Below are positions 11,665-21,141 of a stretch of DNA of 64,000 bases, in pieces. The notes beneath the pieces are model-generated. The model saw only the letters and a program-made list of their open reading frames with translations. It made no database searches and was not told the origin of the DNA. This DNA is from Pseudomonadota bacterium (GTDB lineage Bacteria > Pseudomonadota > Gammaproteobacteria > Pseudomonadales > Halomonadaceae), in the NCBI GenBank assembly GCA_051749325.1, contig JBNJIL010000013.1, positions 1,294 to 65,293 on the forward strand, in the 5' to 3' direction. The translations under genes and the position numbers were made by a program. Each line of letters opens with the position of its first letter. The first letter of the stretch is position 1.

Positions 11665-13110
11665 ATGAGCACGCACAACGTCTGGACCCACAAGGGCACC
11701 TTCCTGCTGGCGGCCGTCGGCTCGGCCGTCGGACTCGGCAATCTCTGGCGCTTTCCCTACCTCACCGGCGAGAACGGCGGCGGTGCCTTCATACTGGTCT
11801 ACGCCCTGACCATCTTCGCGGTGGGCATACCGATCCTGATCGCGGAGATCATGCTGGGGCGCAACAGTCGCCGCAGCCCGATCATGGGCATGCGCTTCCT
11901 GACCCGGACCCACAATACCTCGCGCGCCTGGGAATCCATCGGCTGGCTGGGCGCCACCTCGGCCTTCCTGATCCTGAGCTTCTACTCGGTGATCGCCGGT
12001 TGGGCGATCCACTACACGGGACTGATGTTCACCGGCGCCATGGTCGACGTGAACGCCGACGACGTGGGCCAGAGCTTCGACGCTCTGCTCGCCTCTCCCA
12101 CGTTGCTGACGCTCTATCACACCCTCTTCATCGCCGCCTCGGCGCTGATCGTGGGCCTCGGCATTCACAGGGGCATCGAGGCAGGGTTGCGCGTGCTAAT
12201 GCCCTCGCTGTTCGTGATCCTGCTGGTGGTGCTCGGGTACGGTGCCATCATCGGCGACCTTGGCGCGGCAGCCGGCTTTCTGTTCACCTTCAACCTGGCC
12301 GACCTCAGCCTGGAGGGCTGGCTGCAGGCCATGGGCCAGTCCTTCTTTACCCTGAGCCTGGGCATGGGCGCCATCATGGCCTACGGCGCCTACATGTCCG
12401 GCGAGGCCTCGCTGACCCGCACCGCCTTCGCCATCGCCGTGGTCGACACCGCCGTGGCCATGGTGGCCGGCCTGGCGATCTTCTCGCTGGTGTTCGGGGC
12501 CGGGCTCGATCCCGGGGAAGGGCCGGGGCTGATGTTCGTCACGCTGCCGCTGGCCTTCGCCGAGATGCCCGGCGGCGCGCTGATCGGCGGGGCCTTCTTC
12601 ATCCTGGTGCTGGGCGCGGCCATCAGCTCCTCGATCTCGCTGATCGAGCCGGTGGCGGCCTTCCTGGTTGAGCGCTTCGACCTGACCCGGCCCCAGGCCG
12701 TGGCGGTCATGGTCATCGCCAGCTGGGCGCTGGGGCTGCTGACCGTACTCAGCTTCAACCTCTGGGCCGAGGGCTCTCTCTTCCACGCCCTCTTCGGCCG
12801 CAGCGCCTTCGATGTCATCGAACTGCTGACCAACATCTTCATGCCGCTGGGTGGTCTGTTGATTGCGCTCTTCGCCGGCTGGGCGCTGACTCACTCCGAG
12901 GTGATGAAGGAGATGCGCACCAATGAGCACTGGTTCCGCCTCTGGCGCTTTCTGGTGCGCTTCGTGGCGCCCGCCGCGGTGGCCTTCGTCTTCCTGCGCA
13001 GCATTCCACAGGTGGAGGGCTACCTGATCCCGGCCATCGGTGCCGTGGTGATCGTCGGCGCCTTTGCCGCCGGCCGCACCTTCCTGGCCGACGACAGCCA
13101 GACACGGTAA
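11665..13110 (+). CDS. sodium-dependent transporter, neurotransmitter:sodium symporter (SNF) family
   Basis: GLGNLWRFPY signature near the N-terminus and about 12 hydrophobic segments. ATG 11665 (MSTHNVW) is preferred over the GTG at 11608. Confidence 0.85.
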   Translation: MSTHNVWTHKGTFLLAAVGSAVGLGNLWRFPYLTGENGGGAFILVYALTIFAVGIPILIAEIMLGRNSRRSPIMGMRFLTRTHNTSRAWESIGWLGATSAFLILSFYSVIAGWAIHYTGLMFTGAMVDVNADDVGQSFDALLASPTLLTLYHTLFIAASALIVGLGIHRGIEAGLRVLMPSLFVILLVVLGYGAIIGDLGAAAGFLFTFNLADLSLEGWLQAMGQSFFTLSLGMGAIMAYGAYMSGEASLTRTAFAIAVVDTAVAMVAGLAIFSLVFGAGLDPGEGPGLMFVTLPLAFAEMPGGALIGGAFFILVLGAAISSSISLIEPVAAFLVERFDLTRPQAVAVMVIASWALGLLTVLSFNLWAEGSLFHALFGRSAFDVIELLTNIFMPLGGLLIALFAGWALTHSEVMKEMRTNEHWFRLWRFLVRFVAPAAVAFVFLRSIPQVEGYLIPAIGAVVIVGAFAAGRTFLADDSQTR

Positions 13111-13146
13111 GAACAACCTGACGAACAACCAGCGACGGAACCCGAC

Positions 13147-13914
13147 ATGGCAGCCATCATCGACGTCCAGCACGTCAACAAGGCCTTCGGTGGCCTCAGG
13201 GTCATCAATGACTGCTCGATCCAGGTGGAGAAGGGCTCGATCACCGGATTGATCGGCCCCAACGGTGCCGGCAAGTCGACGCTGTTCAACATCATCGCCG
13301 GGGCCCTGCCGCTGGACAGCGGCCGGATCCTTCTCGACGGCGAGGAGATCACCAACCGCCCCGCCAACACGCTGTTCCACAAGGGGCTGTTGCGCACCTT
13401 CCAGATCGCCCACGAGTTCTCCCACATGACGGCGCTGGAGAACCTGATGATGGTGCCACCGGCCCAGGCCGGCGAATCCCTCTTCAGTGCCTGGTTCAAG
13501 CCCGCCCGGGTCGGCAAGCAGGAAACCGAGGTGCGCCGGCGGGCCCTGGAGGTGATCGACTTCATCGGCCTGCACCATGTGCGCAACGAACTGGCCGGCA
13601 ACCTCTCCGGCGGCCAGAAGAAGCTCCTGGAGCTCGGTCGCACCATGATGACCGACGCCCGGGTGGTGCTGCTCGACGAGATCGCGGCCGGGGTCAACCG
13701 CACCCTGCTCGGCGACCTGGTGAGCAACATCGAACGGCTCAACCGCGAGATGGGCTACACCTTTCTGGTCATCGAGCACGACATGGACATGATCGCCAGG
13801 CTCTGTGACCCGGTGATCGTGCTCGCCCAGGGCAGCGTCATGGTCGAGGGCAGCATCGAGGAGATCCAGAACAACCCCCAGGTCATCGAGGCCTACTTCG
13901 GCGCCGCGTCCTGA
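13147..13914 (+). CDS. livG: branched-chain amino acid-type ABC transporter ATP-binding protein (LivG-like)
   Basis: Walker A GPNGAGKST, signature LSGGQKKLLELGR, LIV-type C-terminal NPQVIEAYFG. Confidence 0.85.
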   Translation: MAAIIDVQHVNKAFGGLRVINDCSIQVEKGSITGLIGPNGAGKSTLFNIIAGALPLDSGRILLDGEEITNRPANTLFHKGLLRTFQIAHEFSHMTALENLMMVPPAQAGESLFSAWFKPARVGKQETEVRRRALEVIDFIGLHHVRNELAGNLSGGQKKLLELGRTMMTDARVVLLDEIAAGVNRTLLGDLVSNIERLNREMGYTFLVIEHDMDMIARLCDPVIVLAQGSVMVEGSIEEIQNNPQVIEAYFGAAS

Positions 13915-13999
13915 CGGAATGCCCGCCCGGTGAGGCGGGCCAGATCCGCGCATTCCAGCGCTTACCAACAACGAGAACGAACGCAGAGAACGTCTGACA

Positions 14000-14704
14000 A
14001 TGCCATTACTCGACGCACGCGACGTGCATGGTGGCTACGGCGGCATGAACATCCTCAACGGGGTGGACATGGCCATCGAGGCCGACGAGATCGGCGTGAT
14101 CGTCGGCCCCAACGGCGCCGGCAAGTCCACCATGCTCAAGGCCATCTTCGGCCTGCTCCACGTCAGCCAGGGCGAGATCCTGCTGCGTGGCGAGCCGATC
14201 CACAACCTGCCGCCCAACCGGCTGGTGCAGAAGGGCATGGGCTTCGTCCCCCAGGAGAAGAACGTCTTCCCGAGCCTCACGGTGAAGGAGAACCTGGAGA
14301 TGGGCGCCTTCCTCAAGCCCGGCAACGTCCGGCGCATGCTGGGGCAGGTCTACGAGTTCTTCCCGCCGCTCCATGACAAGCGCCATCAGCCCGCCGGCGA
14401 GCTCTCCGGCGGCCAGCGCCAGATGGTGGCCATGGGCCGGGCGCTGATGGCCGAACCCAGCCTGCTGCTGCTCGACGAGCCCACCGCCGGCCTCTCGCCG
14501 CTCTACATGAACGAGATCTTCGAGCAGGTCAAGCAGGTCAACTCGGCCGGCGTGGGCATCCTGATGGTCGAGCAGAATGCCAAGCAGGCCCTGGCCATCG
14601 CCGACCGGGGCTTTGTACTGGCCGCCGGCCAGAACCGTTTCACCGATTCCGGCGCCGCCCTGCTGGCCGACCCGGACGTCGCCAAGAGCTTCCTGGGCGG
14701 CTAG
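14000..14704 (+). CDS. livF: branched-chain amino acid-type ABC transporter ATP-binding protein (LivF-like)
   Basis: Walker A GPNGAGKST, LSGGQRQMVAMGRAL, C-terminal DPDVAKSFLGG. Confidence 0.85.
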   Translation: MPLLDARDVHGGYGGMNILNGVDMAIEADEIGVIVGPNGAGKSTMLKAIFGLLHVSQGEILLRGEPIHNLPPNRLVQKGMGFVPQEKNVFPSLTVKENLEMGAFLKPGNVRRMLGQVYEFFPPLHDKRHQPAGELSGGQRQMVAMGRALMAEPSLLLLDEPTAGLSPLYMNEIFEQVKQVNSAGVGILMVEQNAKQALAIADRGFVLAAGQNRFTDSGAALLADPDVAKSFLGG

Positions 14705-14726
14705 CCGGGAACGGGAGGGAACCGAC

Positions 14727-15731
14727 GTGAATGAACTGGTCTTCTTTATCAACAACGTGGTCATCGCCGGCAGCGTGACCGGCTCGATCTACGCCATCGG
14801 TGCGGTGGGCGTGACGCTGATCTTCAGCATCATGCGCTTCGCCCACTTTGCCCATGGTGACATGATGACCTTCGGCGCCTTCATGGTACTACTGCTGACC
14901 ACCGCCTTCCCCGGGGCCGGTGCCGCCTTCGGCGTGCCCTCGGCGCTGGTTCTGCTGCCGCTGGCCATGGCGCTTACCGCGCTGCTCGCGGTGGGCATCG
15001 ACAAGGCCTTCTACAAGCCGCTGCGTGCCCACGGGGTCAAGCCGATCGTGCTGGTGATCGGCTCGCTGGGGGTGACCCTGATGCTCCAGGGCCTGATTCG
15101 CCTGTTCGCCGGCACCAGCGGCCAGAGCCTCTATGTCGATGACCGCAAGGAGATCTTCCGCCTTGCCCTGCCCTTCGAGGGCGTGCGGGCCCCGGTGGTG
15201 ATCACCGAGCCGCAGCTCTACCTCTTCGTGATCACCCTCGTCGCGGTCGTCGGCCTGCACCTCTTCCTCAGCCGCTCGCGGCTGGGCAAGGCGATGCGCG
15301 CCATGTCCGACAACCCCGACCTGGCCCAGGCCTCGGGCATCAACACCAACACCATCGTCGCCGTGACCTGGGTGATCGCCGGCGGGCTCGCGGCCATCGC
15401 CGGCACCCTGCTGTCGCTGGACGTGACCTTCAAGCCCGACCTCAGCTTCTTCCTGCTGCTGCCGATCTTCGCCGCCGCCATCGTCGGCGGAGTGGGCCAC
15501 CCCTATGGGGCGGTCGCCGGCGGCTTCGTGGTCGGCTTCGCCGAGGCCCTCGCGGTCTTCAACTGGAGCGTGCTGCTGCGCCCCTTCCGAGACACCCTGC
15601 CGGAGTGGCTGACCCAGGCCGGCAACCTGGCCTTCGTCGGCACCGAGTACAAGATCGTGGTGCCCTTCTTCATCCTGGTCGTCATCCTGGTGTGGCGCCC
15701 CACCGGCATCTTCAAGGGCAAGGTGATCTGA
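14727..15731 (+). CDS. livH: LIV-type ABC transporter permease (LivH-like)
   Basis: ORF track 14577..15731, but its 5' part overlaps livF. An in-frame GTG at 14727 (VNELVFFINNVV) starts just after the livF stop. Polytopic membrane protein. Confidence 0.8.
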   Translation: MNELVFFINNVVIAGSVTGSIYAIGAVGVTLIFSIMRFAHFAHGDMMTFGAFMVLLLTTAFPGAGAAFGVPSALVLLPLAMALTALLAVGIDKAFYKPLRAHGVKPIVLVIGSLGVTLMLQGLIRLFAGTSGQSLYVDDRKEIFRLALPFEGVRAPVVITEPQLYLFVITLVAVVGLHLFLSRSRLGKAMRAMSDNPDLAQASGINTNTIVAVTWVIAGGLAAIAGTLLSLDVTFKPDLSFFLLLPIFAAAIVGGVGHPYGAVAGGFVVGFAEALAVFNWSVLLRPFRDTLPEWLTQAGNLAFVGTEYKIVVPFFILVVILVWRPTGIFKGKVI

Positions 15732-17032
15732 TGGATACCAAACGTGCCGATACCGTCGCCGAACCGAGCCGCCTCCCGCTGCGCGAACTGCTTCTCTTCG
15801 CCGCCGTGCTGGTGGTCATACTGGGCGTCTATATGGCCATGGGGCCGGCCTACAGCACCCGCATGCTGGTGGAGGCCTCCTGCTACGCCATCCTGGCCCT
15901 GGGCCTGACCATCCAGTGGGGCTATGCCGGCCAGTTCAACGCTGGCGTGATGGGGTTCGTGGCCCTGGGGGGCTTCTGTGCCATGTTCTTCAGCATCCCG
16001 GTCAACGAGGCCTTCTGGGGGAGCGAGCTGCCCGGTGAACTGGGCCTGGTGCTGCTCGCCATGATCGCCGCCGTGCTGGTGGTCTTCGGCGCCACCCGCC
16101 TCGACCGGTTCGGCGTGCCGAAGAAGCTGCGCACCGTGATCGCCGTGATGCTCGCGGTGGTGCTCTACCTGGTGGTGATCAGTGCCTTCCGCGACGTGGC
16201 CAGCCAGATTGAATCCCGGGCCGGCTTCATCGGCGGCCTCGGCCTGCCGGTCGGCGTCGGCTGGATCGTCGGCGGGGCGCTGGCCGGCGGGGTGGGCTAC
16301 TTCATCGGCCGGGTCTGCCTGGGACTGCGCAGCGACTATCTGGCCATCGCCACCCTGGGCATCGCCGAGATCATAAAGGCCTTCCTCAAGAACTCCGACT
16401 GGCTGACCCGCGGCACCGCCACCGTCTCGCCCCTGCCCTGGCCGGTGCCGGGCCCGGCCGAGGTCGGCTTCACCCTGGCACGAGCGTTTTACCTCTCCGT
16501 GACGGCAGTGCTGATCGCCGTGATCTTCTTTCTGCTGAACCGCGCCTACCATGCCCCCTGGGGACGCATGATCCGCGCCATCCGCGACAACGAGATTTCC
16601 GCGGCCGCCATGGGCAAGGACATCAACAAGCGCCGCCTGGAGATCTTCGTGCTGGGCTGCATCCTGATGGGCATCGGCGGGGCGGTTCTGGCCAGCTTCA
16701 ACAGCATGTTCGACCCCCAGGGCTACCTGCCTCTCAACCACACCTTCCTGGTGCTGGTGATGGTCATCCTGGGCGGCCCCGGCAACAACCTGGGCACCAT
16801 CTTCGGTGCCGTGGCGGTCTACATCATCTGGATCATGTCCGAGCCGCTGGCGCTGTTCCTGATGGAGCTGGCCGTCAGCTTCGGCGAGGGCGCCTTCGGC
16901 TGGGAGGCGCCCACCAACCTGGACAGCCGAGCCCTGCAGGCGCGGGTGTTCGTGATCGGCCTGCTGATCACCCTGGTACTGCGCTACGCGCCCAAGGGGT
17001 TGCTGCCGGAGAAGGTTCGCCACCATGGGTAA
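15731..17032 (+). CDS. livM: LIV-type ABC transporter permease (LivM-like)
   Basis: ORF track 15605..17032. ATG 15731 (MDTKRADTV) overlaps the livH stop by 1 nt (TGATG, 15729-15733). Polytopic membrane protein. Confidence 0.8.
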   Translation: MDTKRADTVAEPSRLPLRELLLFAAVLVVILGVYMAMGPAYSTRMLVEASCYAILALGLTIQWGYAGQFNAGVMGFVALGGFCAMFFSIPVNEAFWGSELPGELGLVLLAMIAAVLVVFGATRLDRFGVPKKLRTVIAVMLAVVLYLVVISAFRDVASQIESRAGFIGGLGLPVGVGWIVGGALAGGVGYFIGRVCLGLRSDYLAIATLGIAEIIKAFLKNSDWLTRGTATVSPLPWPVPGPAEVGFTLARAFYLSVTAVLIAVIFFLLNRAYHAPWGRMIRAIRDNEISAAAMGKDINKRRLEIFVLGCILMGIGGAVLASFNSMFDPQGYLPLNHTFLVLVMVILGGPGNNLGTIFGAVAVYIIWIMSEPLALFLMELAVSFGEGAFGWEAPTNLDSRALQARVFVIGLLITLVLRYAPKGLLPEKVRHHG

Positions 17033-17050
17033 GCAAGGCGGAACGTCAAC

Positions 17051-17342
17051 TGTGGGGGCTCAGTTTACTGAGCGATTGGCGCCGCCAGGCGCCCCGGGGC
17101 TGAGTGCTTATTGTCGGGAAGGCCTCCGGCCTTCTTTCGCGATCTGAAGATCGCTCCCACACAAGAGCTACCAGCCGCAAGGCCAGCGCGTAGGCCGGAT
17201 AAGCCGGAGGCGCATCCGGCGGATCACGCCCGGTGCGCTGGCGCTTACCGGGCCTACGCCTGAAGGGACACATGCTGCCAGCGGCACGCAATCCGCCACC
17301 GCTGCGCGGCGGTTCGCGCTGCAAAGCAGCGCTCCCACGAAG
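17051..17342. repeat. cluster of REP/BIME-like intergenic palindromic elements
   Basis: Two direct copies of TTCGCG-[hairpin]-CTCCCAC at 17137-17166 and 17313-17342. One inverted copy at 17051-17079. A GTAGGCCGGATAAGC ... GCGCTTACCGGGCCTAC inverted pair at about 17191-17260. Confidence 0.6.
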
Positions 17343-17383
17343 ATCACTGGTTGCCTGTTGGGCTGCGAAAACACAACACAAGT

Positions 17384-17415
17384 AGGCCCCGGCGGTTTTT
17401 TACCCGCCGGGGCCT
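17384..17415. terminator. strong stem-loop between convergent livM and the binding-protein gene
   Basis: AGGCCCCGGCGG-TTTTTTTAC-CCGCCGGGGCCT, a 12-bp GC-rich stem. It lies 22 nt from the stop of the minus-strand gene. Confidence 0.6.
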
Positions 17416-17436
17416 CGTGCTGTCGGTTTCGGCGCC

Positions 17437-18651
17437 CTAGAGGTCGTCGGCCTCGAGCTCGGTGACTTTCACGAATTCACCGTCCTCGACGGTCATCTCG
17501 ACCACGATGCCGGGAACGTCGCCATTCTCGTCGAACTCGTGCGTGCCGGAGGCGCCCTCGTAGTTGATCTCGGTGCCCGCCGCGATCAACTCCACCGCCT
17601 TCTCCCATTCGCCGGGCAGGATCACCTCGCCGGGCTCCATGGCGACGCTGCGCAGCGCCTCGGAGAGCCCCTCGCGCTCGGCACTGCCATTCTGCTCGAT
17701 GGCCAGCGCCAGCAGGAAGGCCGCGTCGTAGGCCTGGGCCGCGAACACCGCATCCGGGTCAATCCCGGCTTCCTCGGCGGCCTCGCTGAAGATGTCGGTG
17801 CCCGGCAGATCCGGGCTACCCGGCCGGGTGGCGATCATGCCCTCGAGGACATCCGCGCCCACGGCATCCACCAGGCTGTTGCCGACCATGCCGTCGGCCC
17901 CCACGTACTGGGTGAACATGCCGCTCTCGTGGGCCTGGCGCAGCACCGTCTGACCTGAAGTGTCGGCATAGGCCAGCACCACCAGGGTCGGCACGCCGCT
18001 GGACGAGAGGGTGCCGAGCTCGGAGCGGTAGTCGGCACGGTTGTCCTCGTGGGCCAGGTTCTCGGCGACCGTCCCGCCCTCGGCTTCGAAGGTCGCGGTG
18101 AAGGCATCGGACAGGCCCTGGCCGTAATCGTTGTTGACGTAGGTGACCGCCACCTCGTCAATGCCCTTCTCGATCAGCAACCTGGCCAGCATTTCCCCCT
18201 GGAAGGCGTCCGAGGGCACGGTGCGGAACACCAGATCATTGTCGTCCAGCTCGCTGACCGCCGGCGCCGTGGACGCCGGCGAGACCATGGTCACCCCGCC
18301 GGGAATGGCGGCGTTGTTGGCCGCGGCGATGGTGGCACCGGTGCACAGGGCCCCGACGATGGCCGTGACCTCTTCGGTGTTGACCATGCGATCGGCCGCG
18401 TTGGAGGCCGCCGAGGCATCGGAACAGGTGGTGTCACCGGTGGGCATCTCGATCATCTGACCGCCGAGGAGCCCCCCCTGCTCGTTGATCTGATTGACCG
18501 CCAGCTGGGCACCATCGAAGATCGGGGGTGTCAGGCTCTCGATCCCGCCGGTAAAGCCGCCCAGGAAACCGATCTTGACCTCGGCCTGGGCGATCCCGGA
18601 AAGGGCCACCGTGGACGCGGCGACTGCCATCGCCAGTACGTGCTTTTTCAT
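17437..18651 (-). CDS. Leu/Ile/Val-type (LivJ/K family) periplasmic substrate-binding protein
   Basis: 404 aa with signal peptide MKKHVLAMAVAASTVALSGIAQA. Type-I periplasmic binding fold pattern (KIGFLGGFTG...GALCTG). Confidence 0.8.
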   Translation of the reverse strand: MKKHVLAMAVAASTVALSGIAQAEVKIGFLGGFTGGIESLTPPIFDGAQLAVNQINEQGGLLGGQMIEMPTGDTTCSDASAASNAADRMVNTEEVTAIVGALCTGATIAAANNAAIPGGVTMVSPASTAPAVSELDDNDLVFRTVPSDAFQGEMLARLLIEKGIDEVAVTYVNNDYGQGLSDAFTATFEAEGGTVAENLAHEDNRADYRSELGTLSSSGVPTLVVLAYADTSGQTVLRQAHESGMFTQYVGADGMVGNSLVDAVGADVLEGMIATRPGSPDLPGTDIFSEAAEEAGIDPDAVFAAQAYDAAFLLALAIEQNGSAEREGLSEALRSVAMEPGEVILPGEWEKAVELIAAGTEINYEGASGTHEFDENGDVPGIVVEMTVEDGEFVKVTELEADDL

Positions 18652-18794
18652 GATTGTTCGTCTCGCTCAGGTTGCTCGGGTAACGCACCTCCTCAATCTG
18701 GAAGTCTTCATCGCAGAACACAAGCCCGGCCCGCCAACGTTCAGCGACGTGGCGCCTATACTGACAGGCGCCCATCGACTCCTGGAGGCAGACC

Positions 18795-19559
18795 ATGACC
18801 CCTTCGCGCCACATCACCCTGACCCTCGCCGCTGCCCTGGGCCTTGCCAGTGCCAGCGCCAGCGCCTTCGAGCCCGCCGGCCAGGACATCCCCTACAAGG
18901 TCGGCGACGAGACCTTCGAGGGCTATCTCGCCACCGCCGAGGGCGAGGCCCGCGGCAGCGTGCTGGTCATCCACGACTGGGACGGCCTCGACGACTACGA
19001 ACGCCAGCGCGCCGACATGCTCGCCGAACAGGGCTATGACGCCTTCGCCGTCGACCTCTACGGCCAGGGCAATCGCCCGGCGGAAATCGACGCCAGAAAG
19101 GCCGAAACCGCCCGCCTCTACGAGGACCGCGAACGCATGCGTACCCTGACGCTTGCCGGCCTGGCCGAGGCCCGCGATCAGGGCGCCGCCCGACCCACCG
19201 TGATGATGGGCTACTGCTTCGGCGGCGCCGTGGTGCTGGAGCTCGCCCGCGCCGGCGAGGCGCAGGACGTGGCCGGCTATGCCACCTTCCATGGTGGCCT
19301 GACGACCCCCGAGGGCCAGTCCTACAACGACGCTACCGCCCCAATCCTGGTCGCTCACGGCGGTGCCGACCAGTCGATCCCGCTGGACGACGTTGCCACC
19401 CTCGGCAAGGAGCTCGAGGCCGCCGGCGTGACCTACGAGATCCAGGTCTACTCCGGCGCCCCCCACGCCTTCACCGTCTTCGGCAGCGATCGCTACCAGC
19501 AGCGCGCCGACGAGAAGTCCTGGGAGGCCCTCCTTGGGCTGCTCGACGAGGTGCTGTGA
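18795..19559 (+). CDS. dienelactone hydrolase family protein (secreted)
   Basis: Signal peptide ...LGLASASASA, nucleophile motif GYCFGG, C-terminal YSGAPHAF. Confidence 0.8.
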   Translation: MTPSRHITLTLAAALGLASASASAFEPAGQDIPYKVGDETFEGYLATAEGEARGSVLVIHDWDGLDDYERQRADMLAEQGYDAFAVDLYGQGNRPAEIDARKAETARLYEDRERMRTLTLAGLAEARDQGAARPTVMMGYCFGGAVVLELARAGEAQDVAGYATFHGGLTTPEGQSYNDATAPILVAHGGADQSIPLDDVATLGKELEAAGVTYEIQVYSGAPHAFTVFGSDRYQQRADEKSWEALLGLLDEVL

Positions 19560-20617
19560 CCATGCATATCACGGCTCTCACCGGCAGCCGCGTCGAGATC
19601 GGCAAAGCCCATGGCCGCGCCCATGCCGGGCTGATCTGTCACAGCCTCGAGGTCTACGACCGGCTGTTCCGGGACTTCGTGGGCCTGGACTGGGCCGAGG
19701 CGCGCCGGGCGGCCGAGCGCTTCCTGCCGATGATCGAGCGCGGCTTCCCGGCGATCCTCGAGGAGATGGAGGGCATCGCCCGCGGGGCCGGGCTCGACGT
19801 CGAGGACATCCTCACCCTCAACTGCCGCAGCGAGATATCGCTGACCCAGGCCAGCGGCGGCTGCTCCGCCTTCGCCCTGAACCGCGACGGCACCCAGTGG
19901 CTGGCCCAGAACTGGGACTGGCGCACCGACCAGCTGCACAACGTGGTGGCGCTGGAGATCAACGGGCTCGACGCGCCCGCCCTGATCAGCATCGGCGAGG
20001 CCGGCATGGTGGCCAAGATCGGCATGAATGCGCACGGCATCGGGGTCTGCCTCAACGCCATCCGCTCGCGGACCTGTAGCGAGGGGCTGCCCATCCACGT
20101 CGCCCTGCGCAAGATCCTCGAGAGCCCCGACATGGAAAGTGCCGTAGCGGTCGCCAGCCGCGACAGGGTCTGCTCGCCCGCGCATTTCCTGATCGCCAGT
20201 GCCGACGGCCAGGCCGCCGGCCTGGAAGTGCATCCCGGCGAGCCTGGCCGGCTGGCACCGCAAGAGGGCATGGTCACCCACACCAACCACCTCTATGCCC
20301 GCGACACCACCGGCCAGGTCGAGGACTTTCCGCGCCAGGACTCGCGTCCGCGCCTGGCACGGCTGGATAGCCTGCTGCGCAAGCGGCTGCCCGCCGACGG
20401 CGAAATCGGCGAACGTGAGCTGTTCGCCATCCTCAGCGACCATGACAATGCGCCACTCTCCATCTGTCGCCACTTCAATCCCGACCAGCCCGCCGAGGAG
20501 CGCATGGAAACCCTGTTCGGGGTGGTCATGAATCTCACCCAGCGGCGCCTGACCCTGCGCCACGGCAAGCCCTGCGAGAGTGACGAGAGCCTGACGGTGC
20601 AGTTCAGTACCGAGTGA
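19556..20617 (+). CDS. peptidase C45 family (acyl-CoA:6-aminopenicillanic acid acyltransferase-like) protein
   Basis: 353 aa with an Ntn-type Cys context ASGGCSAFAL. GTG 19556 overlaps the upstream stop. ATG 19562 is an alternative start. Confidence 0.7.
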   Translation: MTMHITALTGSRVEIGKAHGRAHAGLICHSLEVYDRLFRDFVGLDWAEARRAAERFLPMIERGFPAILEEMEGIARGAGLDVEDILTLNCRSEISLTQASGGCSAFALNRDGTQWLAQNWDWRTDQLHNVVALEINGLDAPALISIGEAGMVAKIGMNAHGIGVCLNAIRSRTCSEGLPIHVALRKILESPDMESAVAVASRDRVCSPAHFLIASADGQAAGLEVHPGEPGRLAPQEGMVTHTNHLYARDTTGQVEDFPRQDSRPRLARLDSLLRKRLPADGEIGERELFAILSDHDNAPLSICRHFNPDQPAEERMETLFGVVMNLTQRRLTLRHGKPCESDESLTVQFSTE

Positions 20618-20635
20618 TCACCCGGGCGTCGCCCA

Positions 20636-20908
20636 TCACTCCGAGCGCTGGCGCCGCCAGGCGCCCAGCCGCGGCATGCCATCCAGCTCGCCCTTCAGGT
20701 ACTGCTCGGTGGTCAGCAGGAACAGGCGCCGAAAGAGGTCATGAATCGCCTCCTCGCGCTCGATGGCCAGCAGCTCCCGCGCCTCCTCACCCTGGCCGTC
20801 CGGCGTCCGGGGATACTCCCACGCCATGCGTACCGAACCCGTCGTGGCATCGCAGATCTGCAGCACGGGATTGGTCCCCTTGAGGGCGGTGTTGATGCAG
20901 TACGGCAT
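20636..20908 (-). CDS. hypothetical protein (90 aa)
   Basis: ORF track 20636..20959. ATG at 20908 (MPYCINT) has GGAGGT 6 nt upstream. No recognisable family. Confidence 0.5.
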   Translation of the reverse strand: MPYCINTALKGTNPVLQICDATTGSVRMAWEYPRTPDGQGEEARELLAIEREEAIHDLFRRLFLLTTEQYLKGELDGMPRLGAWRRQRSE

Positions 20909-20938
20909 GAGGTAACCTCCCTGGATCAGCCATTTAGT

Positions 20939-20957
20939 GATAACAATTATCATTTGC
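20939..20957. promoter_or_regulatory. Fur-family-like box upstream of the 20908 minus-strand gene
   Basis: GATAACAATTATCATTTGC matches 14 of 19 positions of the GATAATGATAATCATTATC consensus. Inverted arms TGATAA / TTATCA. Confidence 0.45.
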
Positions 20958-21106
20958 ATGGCAAAGGCTAGAGCGCCCCCCAGGAGCTGTCAACTCCATC
21001 GCAGAGCCAAGCCACATCGCAGGGGCAAGCCACATGACCCGGAGCAGCAGACAGGCCAGTGAGCCCCCTTGCCACCGGCGCGGAAAACGACTAGATTCTC
21101 TTTTGC

Positions 21107-21127
21107 GAATAATTGTCATTAGCAATC
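21107..21127. promoter_or_regulatory. second AT-rich box sharing the ATAATTGTNAT core, upstream of the 21142 gene
   Basis: GAATAATTGTCATTAGCAATC. The reverse complement of the 20939 box reads GATAATTGTTAT, so the core is shared. Confidence 0.35.
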
Positions 21128-21141
21128 AGGAGACACTGTCC

